From contig OZ024748.1 in NCBI GenBank assembly GCA_964016885.1, positions 21,080,001 to 21,144,000 on the forward strand: a stretch of DNA of 64,000 bases, written 5' to 3'. A program made the position numbers and the translations under genes. The notes beneath the pieces were generated by a model. That model was not told the DNA's origin, searched no databases, and worked only from the letters and a program-made list of their open reading frames with translations. This DNA comes from Eledone cirrhosa (Eukaryota). Positions 42,373 through 56,479 of this stretch are shown piece after piece; positions within the stretch are counted from its first letter, which is position 1; each line of letters opens with the position of its first letter.

Positions 42373-43080
42373 TTCACCAACTGCGAAAGAATGTCGTCTC
42401 GCTACTACCTCCCTGTGAGACACAATGTGATAGCTAGAACTATCTGGAGCGCACTTAAGAAAACAAAATTAAAAACAAATGATGAGGAATATATTGAGAC
42501 AGATGGCACTAAGGAATACTGGTGGAACCTGAAAATAAAAACTGCCACCAAATTAAAGCACAACCGGCCTGATAGTGTTGTTTGGGACCACACATAGAAA
42601 ACGTGCTCTGGTGTGGAGATCAGCTGCCCACTTGATAACAACGTTGTAAGAAAAATATAAGAGAAGGGGGACATCTACTGACCATTGATGAGGAGTTTAC
42701 AGATCCAGTATCCAAGATACACCTTCAGCTTCATAGCTATTATTATTTGAGCTACAGCTTATATACCAACCCGCTTGGATCAAAGTATGACTGAACTTGG
42801 ATTTGTGGACAACGAACGCAGCTCCCTAATTCATAGACACAAATGGCTGCGATAGGTGGCACCTTCAAAATTTGCAAAACTTTCTTGTGCTTCAAGGGAT
42901 GACAATTTCTTTTCTTTTACAACCTTGCCACCAGGAAGGTGGCCGATCAAAAATGTACTCGAAATTAAGAGAAAGAGAAACATACATACATACAAACAAT
43001 GAAAGAGTCTTGTGTCTATGTTAGAAACCGACTCTCTCTCTCTATTGGTAAAACTTTGGGAAATTATAAAACCAGAAGAA
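42373..43080 (+). mobile_element. R4/Dong-clade LINE 3' fragment with a pseudogenised restriction-like endonuclease
   Basis: C..MSSRYYLPVRHNVIA...YWWNLKIKTATKLKHNRPDSVVWDHT*KTCSGVEISCPLD...EK..Y gives the RH, RPD, E and K motifs of an RLE, with in-frame stops; flanked by (TACA)n. Confidence 0.85.
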
Positions 43081-43517
43081 CATACATTCATACATACATA
43101 TATACATACATACATACATACATACATTCATACATACATATATACATACATACATACATACATACATACATTCATACATACATATATACATACATACATA
43201 CATACATACATTCATACATACATATATACGTATACCTACAGTTTTTGTTTTCTATATCACTCTATCATATGATATATATTTCCTTGTTTCTGTTTCAGTT
43301 GACATTTTCCTGTCAAACTCATTGTAGAAAGCTCCACCGATTCCCTAATTTGTCATTGTAATGTCGCTGACCTGTCACCTTCCCGAAGCAACACCACAAG
43401 TCACTACGATTATTATCATTGATCTTTATTCTTATTTTCACTGTCGTTGATATTGTTGTTGTTGTTGTTGTTGCTGTCATGGTTGTTATATAATTATCCT
43501 TTCTTCACTCTCTCTCT

Positions 43518-43578
<61 letters not shown>

Positions 43579-43599
43579 ATCTCCCTCTCTCTCTCTCTC

Positions 43600-43685
<86 letters not shown>

Positions 43686-44502
43686 CAGCTCTATCTCTAT
43701 TTCTCTTTCGTTACATCTGTCTCTCTCTTACTCTACCTCTCCCTCTAACTATCTCTCTCCCACTCTCTTTCTTTCTCCCTGTCTCCCTGCCTCTCCCTTC
43801 CTTTCCCCTCTATCTCTCTCTCTCTCTCTCTCTTTTTCACTCTCTCTTTCCCTCTCTCTTTCCCTCTCTGTTTCTGCCCCTTTCTCTCTTTTCTTCACTC
43901 TCTATCTCTCTCTCTCTCTCTCCCTCTCTGCCTCTCTGCCTATGTCTTCTCCACAATATTTTCACACACACAAACAGACAGTAACAACAACAACACACAA
44001 CAACCACAAGCAGCAGCAGACGACCAGTTTTTCTATAAGATTTCCTACATTTGTGACAAAGCTTGGTAACAATTTATTGTCTACTGTATACCTTTTCACG
44101 CCAATATCTTGCCATAAAGCAACACATGAAGACTGGTAGACAATGGAATAAAATGTGTTGCATGCTAGGATGGAAGCGGGATTAATGATATGGTGAAGCC
44201 ATAACCATTTCACTTCCACCTACTAAAAAAAAGAAAAATCTAATCAACTCAACTCGGAGACTAAACAAATCTAGGTTTTGTTATTAAAAAGAAACAGACC
44301 AATCATACGAGACAAGTTATTTTTCTCCTTTATGTATAACAAGACGATCAGTCCCACCGCCACACCGTCTTACCGCCCCGCCGTCCTGCCGCCTCCAATT
44401 TATATTATATTCGTTGTCTGTCTTCTTATCTGTCGGTCTAAACTTTGCTATACTATCTATATTTTTATTTATTTCTCTCACTATACACACACACACACGC
44501 AC

Positions 44503-44549
<47 letters not shown>

Positions 44550-44641
44550 TATATATATATATGTGTGTGCGTGTGTTAATATAGGTATAAATATATATAT
44601 ATATTAATATACACATATATAATATATATAAATATATGTGT

Positions 44642-44705
<64 letters not shown>

Positions 44706-45446
44706 ATGTCAGTGTGTGTATTTGCTATTTACGATATATACTCCTTTTGTTCTTCTTTAGTGGTCTCAGTCATCAATTACGGTCATGCTGGAGCATCGTC
44801 TTGAAAGTTTTCTTTTAATTTGATTATATAGACTCCATACTTTATCTGGTATTAGTTCCATCATTCTCGTAAGACACGAATATGTCTGTTCCAATGTGCC
44901 GCTCCTCGTCCTACAATGATATAAACATATAAAACTTTACTGTTTCTATATACCACAATTTCACTCAAGTTACTGTTACTTTACACACATCTGTCTCTAC
45001 CAGATAGCTACAAAGATAGATTTTAAAACCCACCGCCATTACTAAACTATTCTAGTTATAGCACAGTGGTTCCGAAACAGGAGGTACTTGGTTCTCATGG
45101 CTGGAATTTTAATAAAGAGAGGAATTGGAGAGATATGTTAATCGAGGGATAGGGGTTGATTTCTTATTCTTCCTTCATCTCATTTAGAGCCCTTTTAGAT
45201 TTGAAAAAAAAACCGCAACCATTTGAAAATGCCATCAAAATAATCTGAGGAACTAGAATCTAGTCTCGTTGTAACAATTTTACCTGATCGACACCACAAG
45301 TTAGTGTAATAATTATGTGTATGTACACATGTATATATATATGTGTGTGTGTGTGTGTTTGTATGAATATGAATATATGAATGTATATATATATGTATAT
45401 ATATATATAAGGCTTCCAAACGACTTAAAGATATTTATATATATGA

Positions 45447-45493
<47 letters not shown>

Positions 45494-45667
45494 AAATTAA
45501 GATAAATTAAATGAATTTAATCTAAATCGAAATTGTGGGTGTCATGGTAATCATACTTAAAGGTATAAATTTAATTATTACCCAAACTAGCTGTGCGTGG
45601 TTACACGCGTGTAAAAATTATCTCCTGTGATTATTCATGTATATTTATATGTTAATCAATTTCTAGT

Positions 45668-45721
<54 letters not shown>

Positions 45722-45940
45722 TTATTTATTAAAATGACAGATTAAAGTTTAAGCAAAGAATCGCTGCTTTGACCCTTAACGGGGTCTTCAGAAACTTATT
45801 ATTATTACTATATATATATATATATATAAAAGACTATTCCTGCTGACAACATCAAAGTATTCCTAACAAGCTCATAAGTCCCAAGGCTCTGATACCATCA
45901 ACACTATACACACAGAGCTGGCATATATAAGAACTGACTA

Positions 45941-45996
45941 ACTGCCTGATGAGGTCATAGCCATTCAATGGCTATCATCGAAATATATATAGCAGT
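45941..45996 (+). ncRNA. type I hammerhead ribozyme, intact core
   Basis: ACTGC CTGATGA ggtcATAGCCA ttcaa TGGCTAT catc GAAA TATATA TA^GCAGT, in a ~210-bp unit between (TA)n tracts. Confidence 0.82.
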
Positions 45997-46071
45997 AAAT
46001 AAAGGATTATGAGTTCATGCAATTGACTTATTTTTCGTCACTATATATATATACATATATATATATTTTAC

Positions 46072-46152
<81 letters not shown>

Positions 46153-46437
46153 GAAATATAATTTCAGCGATATCGTATTTCGGCGGGGGCAAAAAACAAA
46201 ACGAAACGCAATCTTCGCTCAATGGACTAAAAGAAGACCAGAGCAATTAACATACGTTATAAAGGCCAAACAAATAAAAACACTGGTCGTGAAGCCATCA
46301 GCCACCGGAGCCAAAAACAACGAAGCAAGCTAATCAGGTTAACAAATATATATTTATATATGTGTGTGTGTGTGAACATATATGTATATATATATGTATA
46401 TATATATATATATGTTTACATATGTATATTCACACAT

Positions 46438-46832
46438 GGTGGCTGCCAACTCGTTTTCGAGAACGGCCACTACTTTATATCCATGTAGGAGAACCCCTAC
46501 CGATGCGCTGAACGAGTGTGATTTTTTAGTCCAGCCAGCGACTTGAAAACTCTGGTACAAACACTACACTTGTGACAATTATTGACGCACAGTGCTGGGC
46601 CCATGGTACCATGTGATGACAAGTGCAGAGAGATCTCCAGATATAAAGCAATGCCTGTGCTGTGAAGCTTTTATAGTGAGCAAAGGCACTGCACAAAGCC
46701 AGTCCCACTCTCTTAACCAAGATGATATTTACCAAAGAGAAGAACAAGTCAACATCATTGCAGGTGTTATATCAGAGTTTTCCTTCTCCTAGAATTATGT
46801 CTTGACAAAGGTTAAGGGGTCATCTCTCCCGG
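46438..46832 (-). mobile_element. bipartite RTE-derived element with 11-bp TSD
   Basis: homologous to the 15503 copy; TATTCACACAT at 46427-46437 and 46838-46848. Confidence 0.85.
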
Positions 46833-46837
46833 AGATG

Positions 46838-47371
46838 TATTCACACATACATACATACATTCATGCATATATGTGTGTGCGCGTGCGTCTGTGTATGCGT
46901 GTTTGTGTATGTGTATGGGTGTATGTATGCTTACTAACATATATATATAAATATATATATATGTTTAGTTTACATATGTATATTCACACATACATACATT
47001 CATACATATATGTGTGCGCGCGTGCGTCTGTGTATGCGTGTTTGTGTATGTGTATGGGTGTATATATGTGTACTAACATATATATATATATATATATGTT
47101 TAGTTTACATATGTATATTCACACATACATACATACATACATTCATACATATATGTGTGCGCGCGTGCGTCTGTGTATGCGTGTTTGTGTATGTGTATGG
47201 GTGTATATATGTGTACTAACATATATATAAATATATATATATATATATGTTTAGTTTACATATGTATATTCACACATACATACATACATACATTCATACA
47301 TATATGTGTGCGCGCGTGCGTCTGTGTATGCGTGTTTGTGTATGTGTATGGGTGTATATATGTGTACTAAC
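46838..47371. repeat. ~135-150 bp tandem repeat, 4 units, built from microsatellite pieces
   Basis: GCGCGTGCGTCTGTGTATGCGTGTTTGTGTATGTGTATGGGTG occurs four times. Confidence 0.88.
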
Positions 47372-47489
47372 CATTAAAGAAATCTTTGGAAATCTTTGTA
47401 TTTACAGCACATTTACTGCAAATAAAGTAACTTAAATGTTCATAAAATGATTCTGTTTTTCTAACTAATCGTGTTTAAATAGTATTGTG

Positions 47490-49748
47490 AAGAGCTGAGT
47501 GTAGTGGAGGGGAGGTGGAGTGTAGTGGAGGGGAGGTGGAGTGTAGTGGAGGAGAGGTGGAGTGTAGTGGAGGAGAGGTGGAGTGGCAGAGAGCTGAGTG
47601 TAGTGGAGGAGAGGTGGAGAGGCAGAGAGCTGAGTGTAGTGGAGGGAAGTGGAGTGGCAGAGAGCTGAGTGTAGTGGAGGAGAGGTGGAGTGTAGTGGAG
47701 GGGAGGTGGAGTGTAGTGGAGGAGAGGTGGAGTGTAGTGGAGGAGAGGTGGAGTGGCAGAGAGCTGAATGTAGTGGAGGAGAGGTGGAGTGGCAGAGAGC
47801 TGAGTGTAGTGGAGGAGAGGTGGAGTGGCAGAGAGCTGAGTGTAGTGGAGGAGAGGTGGAGTGGCAGAGAGCTGAGTGTAGTGGAGGAGAGGTGGAGTGG
47901 AGGAGAGCTGAGTGTAGTGGAGGGGAGGTGGAGTGGCAGAGAGCTGAGTGTAGTGGAGGAGAGGTCGAGTGGCAGAGAGCTGAGTGTAGTGGAGGAGAGG
48001 TGGAGTGGAGGAGAGCTGAGTGTAGTGGAGGAGAGGTGGAGTGGCAGAGAGCTGAGTGTAGTGGAGGAGAGGTGGAGTGGAGGAGAGCTGAGTGTAGTGG
48101 AGGGGAGGTGGAGTGGCAGAGAGCTGAGTGTAGTGGAGGAGAGGTGGAGTGGCAGAGAGCTGAGTGTAGTGGAGGAGAGGGGGAGTGGCAGAGAGCTGAG
48201 TGTAGTGGAGGAGAGGTGGAGTGGAGGAGAGCTGAGTGTAGTGGAGGGGAGGTGGAGTGGCAGAGAGCTGAGTGTAGTGGAGGAGAGGTGGAGTGGCAGA
48301 GAGCTGAGTGTAGTGGAGGAGAGGTGGAGTGGAGGAGAGCTGAGTGTAGTGGAGGGGAGATGGTGTGGCAGAGAGCTGAGTGTAGTGGAGGAGAGGTCGA
48401 GTGGCAGAGAGCTGAGTGTAGTGGAGGAGAGGTGGAGTGTAGTGGAGGAGAGGGGGAGTGGCAGAGAGCTGAGTGTAGTGGAGGAGAGGTGGAGTGGCAG
48501 AGAGCTGAGTGTAGTGGAGGAGAGGTGGAGTGTAGTGGAGGAGAGGTGGAGTGGCAGAGAGCTGAGTGTAGTGGAGGAGAGGTGGAGTGTAGTGGAGGAG
48601 AGGTGGAGTGGCAGAGAGCTGAGTGTAGTGGAGGAGAGGTGGAGTGTAGTGGAGGAGAGGTGGAGTGTAGTGGAGGAGAGGTGGAGTGGCAGAGAGCTGA
48701 GTGTAGTGGAGGGGAGGTGGAGTGGCAGAGAGCTGAGTGTAGTGGAGGAGAGGTGGAGTGGCAGAGAGCTGAGTGTAGTGGAGGAGAGGTGGAGTGGAGG
48801 AGAGCTGAGTGTAGTGGAGGAGAGGTGGAGTGGCAGAGAGCTGAGTGTAGTGGAGGGGAGGTGGAGTGGCAGAGAGCTGAGTGTAGTGGAGGAGAGGTGG
48901 AGTGTAGTGGAGGAGAGGTGGAGTGGCAGAGAGCTGAGTGTAGTGGAGGAGAGGTGGAGTGTAGTGGAGGAGAGGTGGAGTGGCAGAGAGCTGAGTGTAG
49001 TGGAGGGGAGGTGGAGTGGCAGAGAGCTGAGTGTAGTGGAGGAGAGGTGGAGTGTAGTGGAAGAGAGGTGGAGTGGCAGAGAGCTGAGTGTAGTGGAGGA
49101 GAGGTGGAGTGGCAGAGAGCTGAGTGTAGTGGAGGGGAGGTGGAGTGGCAGAGAGCTGAATGTAGTGGAGGAGAGGTGGAGTGGCAGAGAGCTGAGTGTA
49201 GTGGAGGAGAGGTGGAGTGGCAGAGAGCTGAGTGTAGTGGAGGAGAGGTGGAGTGGCAGAGAGCTGAGTGTAGTGGAGGAGAGGTGGAGTGGAGGAGAGG
49301 TGGAGTGTAGTGGAGGGGAGGTGGAGTGGCAGAGAGCTGAGTGTAGTGGAGGAGAGGTCGAGTGGCAGAGAGCTGAGTGTAGTGGAGGAGAGGTGGAGTG
49401 GAGGAGAGCTGAGTGTAGTGGAGGGGAGGTGGAGTGGCAGAGAGCTGAGTGTAGTGGAGGAGAGGTGGAGTGGCAGAGAGCTGAGTGTATTGGAGGAGAG
49501 GTGGAGTGGAGGAGAGCTGAGTGTAGTGGAGGGGAGGTGGAGTGGCAGAGAGCTGAGTGTAGTGGAGGAGAGGTGGAGTGGCAGAGAGCTGAGTGTAGTG
49601 GAGGAGAGGGGGAGTGGCAGAGAGCTGAGTGTAGTGGAGGAGAGGTGGAGTGTAGTGGAGGAGAGTGGGAGTGGCAGAGAGCTGAGTGTAGTGGAGGAGA
49701 GGTGGAGTGGCAGAGAGCTGAGTGTAGTGGAGGAGAGGTGGAGTGGCA
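47490..49748. repeat. G-rich satellite of interleaved 36-bp and 21-bp units
   Basis: GTGGCAGAGAGCTGA (15 nt) plus GTGTAGTGGAGGAGAGGTGGA (21 nt). Confidence 0.97.
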
Positions 49749-50264
49749 GCACTCTTTCACCGGAGATTGTTTCAACATAACCATAATCTTTGTAGCCATT
49801 GTAGTCATCATCATCGTCGTCAGTAGTATCATCATCACCATCATTTTCGTCAACATCGTCAACATCGTCATCATCATCATCGTCATCGTCGTCAGCAGCA
49901 GCAGCAGCAGCAGCAGAAGCAGCAGCAGAAGCAGCAGCAGCATCACCATCATCATCATCACCGCCACCACCACCACCACCATCATCACATCCTCATCATC
50001 ATCACCATCATCAAATCATCAGCACCACAGTCATCATCATCATCATCATTATCAACATCACCATTAGCATCACCATCAGCACCATCATCATCATCGTTGT
50101 CACCACCACCACCACCACCACCACCACCACCACCACCACTATCACCACCACCACCACCACCACCACCACCACCACCACCACCATCATTGTGCTAATTTCA
50201 TTGCCATATTTCTAATGATTTCCAATTTATTTTTAAAATAATCAAGTGATTGGTTGAATTTAAT

Positions 50265-50468
50265 AATTGTTTCTAGTTTTTGGCACAAGGCCAGCAATTA
50301 CCCCAGTGTGTTACTGGTACTTTATTTTATCGACCTCCCTCCCACCCCACCCCCCGTAAGGATGAAAGGTAAAGTTAACCTCGGCGGGATTTGAACTCTG
50401 ACCGTAAAGGGCCATCACTCTATGCTGCGAACCATGGCGTCCGACCCTCTACCGATACTGCCAATCCA
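50265..50468 (-). mobile_element. SINE A
   Basis: reverse complement of SINE A. Confidence 0.9.
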
Positions 50469-50574
50469 AATGTAACCAAATGTATTGTTATTATGTTAAT
50501 ATATGAAGTACAGCTTAATGGTGGTTCTTATATAAAATCATGATAGAAGGCTTTTATATAAATAGAAACACTTA

Positions 50575-50714
50575 ATTGTTTCTACTTTTTGCACAAGGCC
50601 AGCAATTACCCAGTAAATTACTGGTACTTTATTTTATCGACCCCGTAAGGATGAAAGGCAAAGTCAACCTCGGCGGGATTTGAACTCAGATCGTTAAGGG
50701 ACGTAACTATGCTG
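50575..50714 (-). mobile_element. 5'-truncated SINE A with ~17-bp TSD
   Basis: AAATAGAAACACTTAAT / AAATAAAAACACTTAAT on either side. Confidence 0.88.
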
Positions 50715-51126
50715 AAATATAAATAAAAACACTTAATAATTAACAGCTCTGTATCGTGAAACGAGAAGCTGTAGAGGTTTGGTGTAAAAAAGATTAAGTT
50801 AATGTTAGGAACATAACGTAATAATTATTATATAGATTTATGATGGGAGGCTTTTACTTATGTATAAAGTTAGTCCTTCATCAGTGATCTTCCAACCATC
50901 ATTGGTATTTCATCGCTTTAAAGACCATATACCTCCGGTTGGTGCGAGCAACGGCTAAAAAAAGTCGTTGGGATACAGTATATATTTAAAGGTTAAACAA
51001 GGTTCAATGAATAAATCAAAGAATTAGTTTTACAATAGATTGGAAGCACTCAACAGTAACGGTTTTCCGGACTTATTAATATTAATTCAAAATATTAACA
51101 AAAATAGACATTCGTGTGATCAAGTA

Positions 51127-51193
51127 TATTTTATTATACATATTTCAGACGTACTGATCTATCTTCAACAGTACGTCCTCGTCAGATAAAATA
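51127..51193 (-). ncRNA. type I hammerhead ribozyme, intact core, 10-bp stem II
   Basis: TATTTTAT CTGACGA GGACGTACTG (12 nt) CAGTACGTCT GAAA TATGTA TA^ATAAAATA; lies in unit ~50990-51240, homologous to ~59280-59520. Confidence 0.82.
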
Positions 51194-51420
51194 GGATGAT
51201 GCATGACATACCCTGACATAGTAGATGGTTAAGATTCAGTCATATACAGTATATATATATATATATATATGGGGGGGGGTAGCAATCCTTAATATTTTCT
51301 TAATGAAAGATAAAACTACTCCAAAATAGAAGACGAGATAAGATGTCTTTTAATTCAATTTAAAAAATTTATATATGTTAATTAAGCATAACATGTCAGA
51401 TTCTATGTACACAGTTATTC

Positions 51421-51475
<55 letters not shown>

Positions 51476-51817
51476 TGATATGTGTGTGTGGGGGATCTAA
51501 GATAGTGTTAAAGATGTCAGTACATAATGTAATGTGCCATTATGTAATGAATCTCTGTATTTGGACATACATATATATATGTATATGTATATATATACAT
51601 ATATATCGTTTCTGAATTTGTTTAGCAAGATTCTTTATCTGAAATCGTGTGTTGATACCGATATTGTTATACTTTGGGAGGGTCATGTTGCCAATAAGAA
51701 ACACACGCACCAGTCGCTTTCACTTCAATTTATTATAATAAATTTATAATAAATTTATAAATTTATAAATTTCTGGTTGGTTGGTTGGTTCCACAACCAG
51801 ATAGTTGTTTATATATT

Positions 51818-51860
51818 GTCATAGTTCTTTCGTCACACACTCTGTGACCTCTTCAGTGAC
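51818..51860 (-). ncRNA. minimal type I hammerhead motif (left arm)
   Basis: GTCA CTGAAGA G GTCACA gagtg TGTGAC GAAA GAAC TA^TGAC. Confidence 0.72.
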
Positions 51861-52008
51861 TGGGGATTCCTTTCTTTGTTTCTGTGCCTCTCCTTTGTTC
51901 TGTCCTACGCTATTTTGTTTCTTTGGTAGGTCATATCAGCTTCATTGAGTTCAAAATGGCGTAGGACAGAACAAAGAAGAGGCACAGAAACAAAGAAAGG
52001 AATCCCCA

Positions 52009-52051
52009 GTCACTGAAGAGGTCACAGAGTGTGTGACGAAAGAACTATGAC
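52009..52051 (+). ncRNA. minimal type I hammerhead motif (right arm)
   Basis: identical to the left-arm motif. Confidence 0.72.
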
Positions 52052-52299
52052 AATATATAAACAACTATCTGGTTGTGGAACCAACCAACCAACCAGAAAT
52101 TTATAAATTTATAAATTTATTATAAATTTATTATAAATTTATTATAAATTTATTATAATAAATTGAAGTGAAAGCAACTGGTGCGTGTGTTTCTTATTGG
52201 CAACATGACCCTCCCAAAGTATAACAATACATATATATACATATATAAATATATACATATATATTTATATATGTGTATAAATATATATGTACGTATACA

Positions 52300-52347
<48 letters not shown>

Positions 52348-52530
52348 CGTGTGTATGTATATATATATATGTGTGTGTGTGTGTATGTATTTGTGTGTGC
52401 GTGTGTGTGTGTGTAATTAGATGGATAGATATAGTTATATAGTATATAGAGTCTATATATACATACACCTATGTGTATGTGTATGTATGTGTGTGAATGC
52501 ATATGTATAAATCTGTGTATATACCATTTA

Positions 52531-52940
52531 ATTGTTTCTACTTTTGGCAGAAGGCCAGCAATAACCCAGTGTATTACTGGTACTTTATTTTATCGACCCC
52601 GTAAGGATGAAAGGCAAAGTCAACCTCGGCGGGATTTGAACTCAGATCGTAAAGGGACGTAACTATGCTGGAATGTATATATATATATATATGTATATAC
52701 CAGATAATTGTTTCTATTTTAGGCACAAGGCCAGCAATTACCCAGTGCATTACTGGTACTTTATTTTATCGACGCCGTAAGGATGAAAGGCAAAGTCAAC
52801 CTCGGCGGGATTTGAACTCCGATCGTAAAGGGACGTAACTATGCTGGAATGCATATATATATGTATATATGTATATACCAGATAATTGTTTCTATTTTAG
52901 GCACAAGGCCAGCAATCAACCAGTGCATTACTGGTACTTT
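52531..52940 (-). mobile_element. three tandem 5'-truncated SINE A copies
   Basis: 52531-52672, 52705-52849 and 52884-52940; TGTATATACCA(GATAAT) spacer occurs four times. Confidence 0.88.
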
Positions 52941-53148
52941 GTATATACCAGATAATGAAGCTAATATGACCTACCAAAGTAACTCTTGCTTCTGTTCCTG
53001 CTCTCACACAAACCTTCAGATGTTTTCTGTGACAAATCTTACGCCTTACAAATAAAACATAATTAAAATTCTTAATTAATTTTTGTAAAGAAACACAACC
53101 AAACAACAAACAAACTAACTAACCAATCTAATTAGGGATGAAGGTACG

Positions 53149-53236
<88 letters not shown>

Positions 53237-53257
53237 ATATATATATATATATGTATG

Positions 53258-53388
<131 letters not shown>

Positions 53389-53542
53389 ATGTATGTACGT
53401 ATGCATACATATATATGTGATTATGAATACATACATACTGCGTATACGGACTATGTATATGTGTGTATTTACGTATGTGTATATATATATATATATATAT
53501 ATTTATATACATATATATATGTGTGTGTGTGTATATATATGG

Positions 53543-53597
<55 letters not shown>

Positions 53598-53623
53598 TGT
53601 AATAAACATAAGAGCATCTTCAC

Positions 53624-53697
<74 letters not shown>

Positions 53698-53781
53698 ATA
53701 TTTGGGGAGGGTCATATTTGCGTAATATTGCGTAATATTGCCATATATATATATATATATATATAGTTTTAATATAGAAGA

Positions 53782-53830
53782 GATTCTACAGGACTAGAAC
53801 TGTTTCATTCATTAGAAATCATCAGGAATC
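53782..53830 (-). ncRNA. type I hammerhead motif with weak stem II
   Basis: GATTC CTGATGA tTTC taat GAAt GAAA CAG ttctagtc CTG TA^GAATC; lies in unit 53766-53907 between (TA)n tracts. Confidence 0.65.
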
Positions 53831-53905
53831 CCTGATGATTTTATACTCTGCTATGTATTGAGTACCTTACTTACTGTGGTTACCTCCGATTCAACCCGGA
53901 ATAAC

Positions 53906-53966
<61 letters not shown>

Positions 53967-54388
53967 TTAACGAGGAAGGAGGGTTTTTCTGTGAAGATAA
54001 AAAGTATCAAGAAATATTAGTTTAATTACCTATTGTGGTTTTGTAGAATATGTGTGTGTATGTATGTATATGCGTATGCATGTATGTGTATATGCTTGTG
54101 TATGCATATGTATATGTGTATGTGTATGTGTACATGTATATATGCGTATATATAAGTATGATGTTTGAATGTACGCATAAATGTATGTATATTTTTACGT
54201 TTGTATTAATGTATGTATATATATATGCATGGTATGTATTTTTGAATATGAATATATGTATATGTATGTATAGTAGTGTATATATATGTTTGTATATATA
54301 TATGTATTGTTAAAATACCTTGTAGGAAACATCAACTGTATTCTTCAGTATGGAAATCAACTAAAAGAGATCCCATATATACATATAT

Positions 54389-54526
<138 letters not shown>

Positions 54527-54701
54527 AACAAATATACATCAATCCAAACATACATATATACGTACGTACGTACATACATACATACATTCATACATACATA
54601 TTTACATGAATATATACAAATATATATATATATACATACTTACATACATATATACAAATATACATACATACATACATACATATACATACATATACATACA
54701 C

Positions 54702-54754
<53 letters not shown>

Positions 54755-54949
54755 AGAGAGAGAGAGATTAAGTATTGTCTGTTCGAAAATCGATAAATCA
54801 AATTAACTTTATTGATGTCAATTATAGATTGTAATCAGATAATCACTGCCAATCCCTCCCCCCACTCCCCCCTCAACCATCATACTGTATGTAGTTGGTA
54901 TATGAGACCGAGCTACAGACACACACACTAATACATATATATATGTGTA

Positions 54950-55008
<59 letters not shown>

Positions 55009-55098
55009 ATTTATATATATATATAGAGAGAGGGAGAGGGAGATATATATATATATATAAACATATATATTTAAATATATAAATAAATGTATATATAC

Positions 55099-55150
<52 letters not shown>

Positions 55151-55177
55151 ATATATATTTAAGTATATAAATATATG

Positions 55178-55211
<34 letters not shown>

Positions 55212-55376
55212 CACATAAATATATATATATATATATATAGATATATATATATATATGCATATATATGTATGTGTTTGTATATATATATATATATATATAT
55301 ATACATAAATATATATATATATATGCATATATATGTATGTGTTTGTATATATATATATATATATATATATACATAA

Positions 55377-55479
<103 letters not shown>

Positions 55480-55801
55480 TTAATTATATAATTGTTTCTA
55501 CCTCTTCTTTGTCCTTCAGTCGTACCCATTGCTTCTCATTCTCGCAACATCTCTTCCTCACCATCACTCTCTCACTACCTCTCTCTCTCTCTCTCTCACT
55601 GCCACCTCTCTCCCACCACCTCTCTCTCACCCTCTCTCTCTCTCTATCTCTCTCACCTGTTCGATCTCTGTCACTGTCTACACTGTTTTGTTTCTATATA
55701 CACCTCTGTATTCATGTCTAACCTTTATGTCAATCTCTGTATCACATCTCGCATATGTATATATATATATATATATGTATGTATGTGTGTATATAAATAT
55801 A

Positions 55802-55854
<53 letters not shown>

Positions 55855-55972
55855 GTGTGTGTGTGTGTGTCTGTATCAGAATTCAATAGGTGAAAGAGCG
55901 CATATATAATCACTTATTTTGCAGTAGAAATTCAAATGCTAAGGCACTTTTGAATAAAACTAAATATATATA

Positions 55973-56441
55973 TTTGGTTTCTGAATTTGTTTAGCAAGAT
56001 TTTTTATCTGAAAACGTGTGTTGAAACCGATATTGTTATACTTTGGGAGGGTCATGTTGCCAATAAAAAACACACGCACCAGTTGCTTTCACTTCAATTT
56101 ATTGTAATAAATTTATAAATTTAGGAATTTACTAATTTCCGTTTGGTTGGTTGGTTGGTTGGTTCCACAACCAGATTATTGTTTATATATTGTCATAGTA
56201 GGACAGAACAAAGGAGAGGCACAAAAACAAAGAAAAGAATCCCCAGTCACTGAAGAGGTCACAGAACGTGTGACGAGAGAACTTTGACAATATATAAACA
56301 ATCATCTGGTTGTGGAACCAACCAACCAACCGGAAATTTGTAAATTCCTAAATTTATAAATTTATTATAATAAATTGAAGTGAAAGCAACTGGTGCGTGT
56401 GTTTCTTATTGGCAACATGACCCTCCCAAAGTATAACAATA
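55973..56441. mobile_element. inverted-arm Penelope-like pLTR element with tail, copy 3
   Basis: left arm 56031-~56197, right arm ~56198-56441; the HHR at 56246-56288 (+) has GAAA changed to GAGA. Confidence 0.78.
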
Positions 56442-56479
56442 AATATATATATTAAATATATATATATATATATATATAT

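Larger units (their letters stand above)
51606..52229. mobile_element. inverted-arm Penelope-like pLTR element with tail, copy 2 (~260-bp arms)
   Basis: arms 51662-51918 and 51952-52229; tail 51606-51661; one HHR in each arm. Confidence 0.8.

Noticed and set aside
47461-50067. 550-850 aa ORFs on both strands
   Set aside because: They are translations of a 36/21-bp satellite with no unique domain.
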